In this document: piece by piece, positions 24,988 through 32,000 of the stretch
How positions within the stretch are numbered: the first letter of the stretch is position 1
Layout: each line of letters begins with the position of its first letter
Assembly: GCA_026625185.1 (NCBI GenBank)
Contig: CP113000.1
Coordinates: 1,725,622-1,757,621 of the forward strand
Source of the DNA: Thermodesulfobacteriota bacterium
Lineage (GTDB): Bacteria > Desulfobacterota > WTBG01 > JAGOGO01
Direction: 5' to 3'
DNA: 32,000 nucleotides
Notes under the pieces: generated by a model
Database searches by the model: none
Told to the model about the DNA's origin: nothing
The model's input: the letters and a program-made list of their open reading frames with translations, nothing else
Translations under genes and position numbers: made by a program

Positions 24988-26214
24988 TTATTTTGTTACC
25001 ACGTTTCCGGTTGCTGCTCCGTGGAGTTTTATTTCCACTTTCTTTTCTAAGCCCTGATAATATTCTTTTAAGATTTCTAAAACCTCAGGACGAGAGAATT
25101 GGGACGACAACATACCCCCTTCGGAGAGGGTTTTACGGACGATAGTTCCACTTAACAGAACCCGGTCATCCTTACCATGAGGACAGGTCCTCATGGATGC
25201 CATCCCGTCGCACTTTTTACAGTAAAAGGTCCAATCAATGGGAAGGGGTTTTAGTTTGAGAGCGTCTTCAGGAATTTCCAGGAAAATTTTCTGAGCATCG
25301 AAAGGCCCATAATAATCCCCAACTCCAGCGTGATCCCGGCCGACAATCAAATGGCTGCAACCGTAATTTTGCCGGAAGACCGCATGGAGCAATGCTTCTC
25401 TCGGGCCGGCATAGCGCATCTCCATGGGGTACCCACCCATAATGGTCGTATTTTTTACAAAATATTTTTCTACCAAGATATCGATCGCCTTGACTCTTAC
25501 GTCAGCGGGTATATCCCCTTCTTTAAGTTTTCCTAAAAGCTGGTGGATATATACCCCGTCACAGACTTCAATAGCTATCTTGGCGAGATACTCGTGAGAT
25601 CGGTGCATGGGGTTGCGAAGCTGGAGAGCCGCCACCGTCGCCCAGTCTTTTTCTTCGAAAAGTTTGCGAGCCTCTTCGGGTCGCTGGTAAAGTCCGGCAA
25701 ATTCTTTGGGGAAGTAACTTTCGCTCAGCACTTTTATTGGTCCGGCTAAATTTATTTCGCTCTGCTCCATTACCTTGGCAACGCCTGGATGCGCAGTATC
25801 TTCAGTCCAGAAAACTTTTTTGCATTCATGCGCTTTATCAATCTTATATTTTTCGGTTATTTTCATTGTGGCCAGAATTTCATCGTTTTCCGTGTCGAGA
25901 AGAGCTACCTCTTGACCAATCGAGAGGGAATCGGACAAGGCTTTGGTTGCCGAGATGGTAATGGGGATAGGCCAAAAAAGACCGGTTGCCATCTTATATG
26001 AATCGCAAATCCCTTTCCAGTCATCATAGCCCATAAACCCTTCCAGCGGGGTAAAGGCGCCGATGGCCAGCATAAGCACATCGCCGGCTTCCCGAGAGGT
26101 CATGGGAACTACTGTGAGCGTCTTTGCCTTTGCCTTTTCTTCTTCTAAGGCCTTACCTTCTAATAATAACGGCTTGAGCGCTCCTCCTCCATGGGGTGGA
26201 ACTAATTTTGACAT
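24988..26214 (-). CDS. sat: Sulfate adenylyltransferase (ATP sulfurylase)
   Basis: 408 aa. Motifs present: [30 protein letters not shown], and a C-terminal Cys/His pattern ([15 protein letters not shown]). AAGGAGG SD. Confidence 0.95.
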   Translation of the reverse strand: MSKLVPPHGGGALKPLLLEGKALEEEKAKAKTLTVVPMTSREAGDVLMLAIGAFTPLEGFMGYDDWKGICDSYKMATGLFWPIPITISATKALSDSLSIGQEVALLDTENDEILATMKITEKYKIDKAHECKKVFWTEDTAHPGVAKVMEQSEINLAGPIKVLSESYFPKEFAGLYQRPEEARKLFEEKDWATVAALQLRNPMHRSHEYLAKIAIEVCDGVYIHQLLGKLKEGDIPADVRVKAIDILVEKYFVKNTTIMGGYPMEMRYAGPREALLHAVFRQNYGCSHLIVGRDHAGVGDYYGPFDAQKIFLEIPEDALKLKPLPIDWTFYCKKCDGMASMRTCPHGKDDRVLLSGTIVRKTLSEGGMLSSQFSRPEVLEILKEYYQGLEKKVEIKLHGAATGNVVTK

Positions 26215-26757
26215 GATGTTAGCCTCCTTTCAAAATCACTATTTTAAAGGTTAATTTAATCTCTCCTTTTTCCCTGTTGTTGCTCCAATGTTTTTATGGG
26301 AGTCCGGAGAAAGGAAAATTTTTCTCCAACGAAGAAGAGTAGACAAATATAAATATGTCCGGTAAATCTTCCTCGGTTCAAAATCCAAGGCTAACTTTAG
26401 CAAAAGCGAAATCAGAAGGCGCTAACGAAAAAAAAGCTTAAGATTGCTAAAGTAAGTTTTATTTTTTTTGAATTCAGTGGGTTTCACCGAATTATTGCCC
26501 AAGTAAAAGAAAATAACGTCTTTTGCAGCACTAAAAAAAATGATGTTTCCGGCTTTCATGTCATTCTTAATGCTAATCATAACTGACTTTTGTCACAGCA
26601 CAATTTTGTTTTTCTCAACTTCTAATCGAAAAATCCACACTAATTTCAATGAATTTAGTGATGCCTCTATTTAATTAAAAAATCTTCCGATGTGCTAACG
26701 TATTTCTCAGCACAAGAAATGATTTTTATCAAAAAAGTTACTGAAATTTGTCAGTTG

Positions 26758-27456
26758 TTATTTTTCGGAAATCTTTTGAAGTCGGGCAGGATTTAGAAGG
26801 GAAATTGAGTTTTTACCAATATCAATCAAATTTTCTCGCTTAAAATCTTGGAGAATACGTATCGCGGTCTCCTCACAAAGGCCTACTACTTCAGCAAACT
26901 CCACCCGGGACAAAGGCAAATCGAAATCAAGTCGTTGCTCATCAAAGAGGTTTTCAGAGAGATCCAGTACGAAGGATGCTATGCGGGAACGAGCATTTTT
27001 TTGTCCCAGTTCCATTATTTTTTTATAGGAACGAACCAACTTTTTTTTCATGAATTCAATAAAAATTATCCCGGTCTTTGGTCTTCGTTTCAGCAGGTTT
27101 TCTAACAGGTTTTTATCAATAGCGCATAGTTCAGAATCCACTAAAGTTTCAGAACTATGATGACCAAAATCCTCAAAAAGACAATGAAGGTTTAGGATAT
27201 CTTCCTTTTTAATAATGGAAAGAATTTGTTGCTTTCCGCCCGGCAATGATTTGTAGGTCTTTACCAGACCCTTTTTTACTATATAGATATTTTGAACTGG
27301 GTTTGCCTCCATACAGATGACCTGGCGCTTTTTATAGCGGATCGGAAAAGTTATTGAGCAGATATCTTCTTTACTCTCTTCATCAAAGTCTTTCCAGGCA
27401 TGTCCATAGAATACGATACAATTCTTACAAATTGTCCCTTTGCAGTAAATCGGCAT
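26758..27456 (-). CDS. CRP/FNR-family transcriptional regulator with an N-terminal Cys cluster
   Basis: It has a cNMP-binding-like beta-roll plus a C-terminal HTH (LSRVEFAEVVGLCEETAIRILQDFKRENLI). I place the start at the ATG at 27456 (MPIYCKGTICKNC) because a GGAGA SD lies 8 nt upstream. The ORF-track TTG at 27471 would include that SD in the coding sequence. Cys residues fall at positions 5, 10 and 13. Confidence 0.85.
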   Translation of the reverse strand: MPIYCKGTICKNCIVFYGHAWKDFDEESKEDICSITFPIRYKKRQVICMEANPVQNIYIVKKGLVKTYKSLPGGKQQILSIIKKEDILNLHCLFEDFGHHSSETLVDSELCAIDKNLLENLLKRRPKTGIIFIEFMKKKLVRSYKKIMELGQKNARSRIASFVLDLSENLFDEQRLDFDLPLSRVEFAEVVGLCEETAIRILQDFKRENLIDIGKNSISLLNPARLQKISEK

Positions 27457-28025
27457 ACTGATTATCTCCAATAAAGAAATATTTTAATTAGTCAACCCTG
27501 AAAAATAGGCTTTAAAATCTTTATTAATACTGAGTGGGTCTTTGAAAATTAAATAGAATTACAAAAAAAACTGCCATTTTTCTGATGATTTCATGATAAA
27601 TTAATTGAAATGTCAATCACCTTAGCGTGGAACATGAAAAAAATAACCCGCATGGCCAACCGTAAGGAAGAAAAACAGACCTTAAGAACAAACAAACAAG
27701 CCGACCCTAACCCCAAACTATTTCAAGACCTGCCTGTCGGCAGACAAGGAGGCACCTCTTTCACAATTATACTCAGTCTTCAAAGAACAATTTCTATCAA
27801 AAAAACGTATTTTTCGAGATGTACTAATTAATTATATATTAAAGTTAAGCTATTTGAAATAAAAATTTTTTTATGCTAAAAAATCCATAAAGAGATTTTC
27901 CCGTCTTCTCCTCAATGGATTAGATACCTTCTGGAAGATTATAAAATTTTTAATGTATGAAATTTAGTGTACCATTTTAAATTGATATTAACCAGATAAT
28001 TATGATTTGGAAGGAGGGAAACATT

Positions 28026-28238
28026 GTGGGGAAAATTCTAAGCATCGTCGGAGGAATAATAGCCATCCTTATCGGCATCATTCTTCTTTTTAAATGGATA
28101 AAGATTTTCATAATAGGCCTAAAATTTTGTATTGTAGTATCGCTACTTTTCGGGGGATTGATGGCATTATTGTTCGGACTGATCGAAATCAGAGATGCCA
28201 GGGAACTTAAAAAAATGGAGCAAGAAGAAAAGAAATAA
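28026..28238 (+). CDS. Small two-TM membrane protein (hypothetical)
   Basis: The ORF is open from the ATG at 28002, but a strong AAGGAGGG lies 8 nt before the in-frame GTG at 28026, which I prefer as the start. Two hydrophobic helices are followed by a charged tail (RELKKMEQEEKK). Confidence 0.5.
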   Translation: MGKILSIVGGIIAILIGIILLFKWIKIFIIGLKFCIVVSLLFGGLMALLFGLIEIRDARELKKMEQEEKK

Positions 28239-28261
28239 AATTGAAACCAGGCTGGTCTTCA

Positions 28262-29578
28262 TTATTCGGTCAGAATTTCCTTTCGCCAGTCCTCAATGTG
28301 CTTTAAAGCTTGCTGAATAAAAAAATTGCGACGGTCTCTTTTTTTAACTTTTGATGGTAAGGGTGGAAATAGGCCGAAAGTGACGTTCATGGGCTGAAAA
28401 TGTTCAGGATCAACAGTCGTAATGTAATGTAATAAAGCCCCGGTTGCGGTAGCAGGAGATGGGATAACCAATGGTTTTTCTAAGAGAAAACGGGCCGCAT
28501 TTATGCCTGCTACCATACCCATAGCCGCAGATTCTACATATCCCTCAACCCCGGTGATCTGGCCGGCAAAAAATATCTTTATTTCTTTTTTAAGCTGAAG
28601 GGTGGGAAACAGGAGTGTGGGAGAATTTATAAAAATATTGCGGTGACAACTTCCGAGACGAACAAAATTCGCATTTTCTAAACCAGGAATCAGTCGAAAT
28701 ACCCGTTTTTGTTCCGACCAGGTTAAGCGAGTCTGGAACCCAACCATATTATAAATTGTCCGTTCTTTATTCTCCGGACGAAGCTGTAAAACGGCATGGG
28801 GTTGTTCTCCGGTCCGGGGATCTTTTAACCCTACTGGTTTCAATGGGCCAAAAGCCAGGGTATCTTTCCCTCGTTCAGCCATTTCTTCAATGGGGAGGCA
28901 ACCCTCAAAGAAGATAGGTTTTTCAAAATCTCTTGGAATAACTTTTTCAGCGCTTTTGATCTCCGCTACGAGGCGATAATATTCCTCTTGGTTGAGGGGA
29001 CAATTGAGATAATCATCACCGCCGCGATTATAGCGGGAAGCCCGAAATGCACTGTTTAAGTTGATGGAATCCGCCTCAACTACCGGAGAAATAGCATCAT
29101 AAAAATAAAAATAATTTTTTCCAATCAGGTTTGTTATCTCTTCGGATAAAGAGGGTGAAGTGAGTGGGCCGGAGGCGAAAATGAGGGGCCTTTGGAGGGG
29201 AAGCCTGGTAACTTCCTCACGGATGAGGGTTATTTTTTTTTGCTGCTCAAGAGCCGAGGTAATAAAAGATGAAAACTTCACCCGATCCACTGCCAAAGCT
29301 CCTCCAGCGGGTATTCGCGTGGCATCCGCCGCAAGCATAAAAAGAGACCCCATGCGTCTCATTTCCTCTTTGAGGAGCCCAACGGCATTTTCTAATGATT
29401 CGGCGCGAAAGGAATTGCTGCAAACTAATTCTGCCAGGTTTGGGGAGTTATGGGCGGGGGAAAACCGACACGGTTTCATTTCCCATAGAATAACTTTTAT
29501 CCCTCTCTGTGCAGCCTGCCAGGCGGCCTCACTTCCGGCTAAACCACCGCCGATAATAGTAATTTCATCGCTGTGCAT
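28262..29578 (-). CDS. trmFO: Methylenetetrahydrofolate--tRNA-(uracil54-C5)-methyltransferase TrmFO
   Basis: 438 aa. Motifs present: [59 protein letters not shown]. Confidence 0.9.
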   Translation of the reverse strand: MHSDEITIIGGGLAGSEAAWQAAQRGIKVILWEMKPCRFSPAHNSPNLAELVCSNSFRAESLENAVGLLKEEMRRMGSLFMLAADATRIPAGGALAVDRVKFSSFITSALEQQKKITLIREEVTRLPLQRPLIFASGPLTSPSLSEEITNLIGKNYFYFYDAISPVVEADSINLNSAFRASRYNRGGDDYLNCPLNQEEYYRLVAEIKSAEKVIPRDFEKPIFFEGCLPIEEMAERGKDTLAFGPLKPVGLKDPRTGEQPHAVLQLRPENKERTIYNMVGFQTRLTWSEQKRVFRLIPGLENANFVRLGSCHRNIFINSPTLLFPTLQLKKEIKIFFAGQITGVEGYVESAAMGMVAGINAARFLLEKPLVIPSPATATGALLHYITTVDPEHFQPMNVTFGLFPPLPSKVKKRDRRNFFIQQALKHIEDWRKEILTE

Positions 29579-29731
29579 GATTTGTTCATCGCCTTTTCAC
29601 TATAAAAAGCATACCGTATATTAGCTACTTTGTCGTCGGGATGCAAGAGGTTCAGAAGCCAGATGCTTGACAGAAAGGTTGATTGCCGCTATAGTCCTCT
29701 GAAAAAATGTTCACCTTAAAAAGAGTTGAGA

Positions 29732-30814
29732 ATGGGCTTTGATAATTCCAGTGAAATTTCCGTTAAAAAAATAGCAGTAGACGCTATGGGGGGTGATTTT
29801 GCCCCGGAAATGTTGGTTAAAGGGGCATTGTTGGCCGCACAACACTTTAATATCAGAAGCATTTTAGTGGGAAATGAGGATAAAATAAGGGCAGAGCTTG
29901 AGAAAAACAAAGCCCAAAATCTTCCGATTGAAGTCTGCCATGCTCCCGAAGTAATTGAAATGGGTGAAGAACCGTATCATATTATTCGTAAAAAGAAGTA
30001 TTCTTCTCTTCGGATTGCTTTTGAACTGGTGCGGCAGAATGAAGCTCAGGCGTTAATGAGCGCGGGAAATTCCGGAGCAGTGGTTTACGGAGCCCTTTTT
30101 GTTCTCAAACGGATCAAAAATATCAGCCGCCCTGGTATTGCTACTCTTATGCCCAGTTTAAAGGGGAGGGTAATGGTCATTGACGCCGGAGCGAATACTC
30201 TTTGCCGGCCTCAAAATTTGGCTCAATTTGCGCTTATGGGCTCAGTTTATTTTCAAAATGTTTTCGGCATTCTTGATCCGAAAGTCGGGGTTTTAAGCAA
30301 CGGCGAGGAGGAAACCAAAGGGACTGACCTAACCCGGGAGGCAAATGAACTTCTCAAAAAGAGCACCCTTAACTATATCGGGTACGCGGAAGGCAAGGAT
30401 GTTTTTGCGGGGGACGTTGATATCGTCGTGTGCGATGGTTTTGTCGGCAATGTGCTTCTTAAGGTAGCTGAGGGGATGGCCGAAAGCTTGATAGCAAGTT
30501 TGCGCGGGGAGATCCAAGGACGATTTTTTTCCCGCATTGGTTACCTTTTTGCTAAAAAATCATTTGCTAACTTCAAAAAGCGGGTTGATTACGCGGAGTA
30601 TGGTGGCGCCCCTTTGCTGGGGGTGGACAAACCCGTCATTATTGCTCACGGCAAATCAAATGACCGGGCAGTAATGAACGCTATTCGTGTTGCCCATGAC
30701 TATGTTGAAAAAAATATTGTTGGGAAGCTGATCGAAGAGGTCGAATGTGATGAGACACAACACGGACTTAAAAAAAAGCATCCTTTTTTAGACAGAATTC
30801 TTCATCCTGGTTAA
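29732..30814 (+). CDS. plsX: Phosphate acyltransferase PlsX
   Basis: Motifs present: IAVDAMGGDFAPE, SAGNSGA, VVCDGFVGNVLLK, GAPLLGV..PVIIAHGKS. I prefer the ATG at 29732 over the ORF-track TTG at 29726. There is a C-terminal extension of roughly 25 aa (ECDETQHGLKKKHPFLDRILHPG). Confidence 0.9.
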   Translation: MGFDNSSEISVKKIAVDAMGGDFAPEMLVKGALLAAQHFNIRSILVGNEDKIRAELEKNKAQNLPIEVCHAPEVIEMGEEPYHIIRKKKYSSLRIAFELVRQNEAQALMSAGNSGAVVYGALFVLKRIKNISRPGIATLMPSLKGRVMVIDAGANTLCRPQNLAQFALMGSVYFQNVFGILDPKVGVLSNGEEETKGTDLTREANELLKKSTLNYIGYAEGKDVFAGDVDIVVCDGFVGNVLLKVAEGMAESLIASLRGEIQGRFFSRIGYLFAKKSFANFKKRVDYAEYGGAPLLGVDKPVIIAHGKSNDRAVMNAIRVAHDYVEKNIVGKLIEEVECDETQHGLKKKHPFLDRILHPG

Positions 30815-30950
30815 AAAATCAAGCTGTAAAAAAACTAGTGTTTAGAGTGGCTATCTGCCTTTCCTATATAACCTTCCCAATTTTTTATTAAATCATTGAT
30901 TTCTTCGCGGCATTCCTGCAGTATAGCGAAGATTTCGGTTGAACGAGCAA

Positions 30951-31316
30951 TAAGAACTTATCCGTAAATAATTTATGGCAATGATTAAGGGATTTTGGTA
31001 TTATGACCATGGGTGATATAAAATCATGGACAAGGTCCGACAAACTTTGGAAACGGGTCGAGCCGCTGATTCCAAAAAGAAAGCCTCCGAGGAAGCAAAT
31101 CCGACGGATCGGGGGAAAAAAAAGGGAGCAAGAAAAGAGATCCTCGCTACCGTGCTCGCGGATGGGTGGTTGAGCGAACCCATTCCTGGCTGAATCGGTT
31201 CCGGAACTTGTTGGTTCGCTTTGAAAAAACAACTGCCGCTTACGAGGGCTTATTGGAATTAGCATCTGCCTTAATTGCTTTTCGTCAAATGATTGTTATT
31301 TACGGATAAGTTCTTA
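30951..31316 (+). mobile_element. Internally deleted IS5-family element (MITE-like, non-autonomous)
   Basis: Perfect 21-bp terminal inverted repeats: TAAGAACTTATCCGTAAATAA at 30951-30971 and its reverse complement at 31296-31316. The outer TA may be a target duplication. Inside are only the transposase N-terminus (SDKLWKRVEPLIPKRK) and, in another frame, the C-terminus (RGWVVERTHSWLNRFRNLLVRFEKTTAAYEGLLELASALIAFRQ). The catalytic core is missing. Confidence 0.8.
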
Positions 31317-31466
31317 ACTATTTACTGTTTTGAGGTGTTAACCGAAGGCTGGTGGGCACTACCGAGAGATGAGAGAAGGCGCGAAGGTTAACCCACAGGC
31401 AGTGACAGGCAAAATCCCTTCCAATGAGGGGGGGAATCACTATTGTTAGAGAATCAGGAGGAATAC

Positions 31467-32000
31467 ATGAACATCATTGTCTGCGTAAAACGAGTTCCCG
31501 AGACTTCTGAAGCGGAGATCACGATTGATAAATCGGGAAAAGATATTCACACCGAAGACCTGGTTTTTGATATTAACGAGTGGGATAACTATGCGGTGGA
31601 AGAGGCGGTAAGGATCAGGGAGAAAGAGGGCGGCACCATCACCGTGGTCACCTTAGGGTCCCAGGAGTCCCAGGATACCCTTAGACGCGCACTGGCTATG
31701 GGGGCAGACGGCGCAATTCATCTTAATGACCCCTCGTTTTTGGGAGGAGATCCCTATGCTACCGCCCAGGCATTGCAGGCGGCATTAAAAGGGAAACTAT
31801 TTGATTTGCTTTTAACCGGTGTCCAGGCCGGTGACGATGGATATGCTCAAACAGGCCCAATCCTGGCAGAACTGCTCAATATTCCCCACGCTACTATGGT
31901 AACCAAAGTGGATATTGATGGCAAGAAGGCCCGTATCCACCGAGAGCTGGAAGGTGGGCTGGAAGAAGTCTGTGAAATTGAACTCCCCGCCCTACTTACC
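31467..32000 (+). CDS. etfB: Electron transfer flavoprotein beta subunit (partial, runs off the window)
   Basis: ATG at 31467 with an AGGAGG SD 5 nt upstream. The N-terminus reads MNIIVCVKRVPETSEAEI...DLVFDINEWDNYAVEEAVRIRE..GGTITVVTLG..., and the frame is open to the window end. Confidence 0.85.
   Translation, partial: MNIIVCVKRVPETSEAEITIDKSGKDIHTEDLVFDINEWDNYAVEEAVRIREKEGGTITVVTLGSQESQDTLRRALAMGADGAIHLNDPSFLGGDPYATAQALQAALKGKLFDLLLTGVQAGDDGYAQTGPILAELLNIPHATMVTKVDIDGKKARIHRELEGGLEEVCEIELPALLT

Noticed and set aside
27610-27831. 73-aa plus-strand ORF in the crp-upstream intergenic region
   Set aside because: It has no SD and a basic low-complexity sequence. It contains a short palindromic CTGCC-TGTC-GGCAG (PVGRQG) repeat-like segment and is probably non-coding.
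30888-31265. 125-aa minus-strand ORF
   Set aside because: It runs antisense across the IS5-family MITE. It shows no recognisable motifs, and the transposase remnants on the plus strand explain the sequence.
31317-31466. Possible structured leader or riboswitch upstream of etfB (7-bp GTTAACC / GGTTAAC pairing enclosing about 45 nt of G-rich sequence)
   Set aside because: I cannot match it to any riboswitch consensus I know (TPP, cobalamin, c-di-GMP, guanidine, SAM). It lies next to the MITE and may simply be a displaced leader. It needs an Rfam scan.

Overview
32-kb window from a low-GC bacterium with the gene content of a sulfate reducer, probably uncultured. 1-5.3 kb holds envelope-glycan genes: an LPS-kinase-like protein with degenerate catalytic motifs, a beta-propeller protein, a WbpB/WbpD-type oxidoreductase-acetyltransferase fusion and a UPF0104 membrane protein. 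5.3-12.8 kb holds a zinc-ribbon protein plus RDD protein, a multiply disrupted PAS histidine-kinase pseudogene, an overlapping MBL-hydrolase/radical-SAM pair, and a MarR plus acyl-CoA-synthetase pair. 13.1-26.2 kb, all on the minus strand, is the dissimilatory sulfate activation/APS reduction locus in an unusual nested form: sat - aprB2 - aprA2 - strong terminator hairpin - two paralogous YkgJ-type Cys-cluster genes - REP-like palindromic repeat - aprB1 - IS630 transposase remnant - aprA1 - qmoA - qmoB - qmoC. The aprB2/aprA2/ykgJ-like block uses AGR Arg and AAG Lys codons and has textbook SD sites. sat, aprB1A1, qmo and the rest of the window use CGN Arg and AAA Lys. The host-like aprB1 and aprA1 have no recognisable SD and are flanked by mobile-DNA scars. 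This apparently foreign AprBA-like plus tandem YkgJ module is my best candidate for an undescribed system. 26.7-32 kb holds a Cys-rich CRP/FNR regulator next to sat, a small membrane protein, trmFO, plsX, a 366-bp IS5-family MITE and the 5' part of etfB. I saw no rRNA, tRNA or CRISPR array. All homology calls come from motif recognition by eye; no searches were run.
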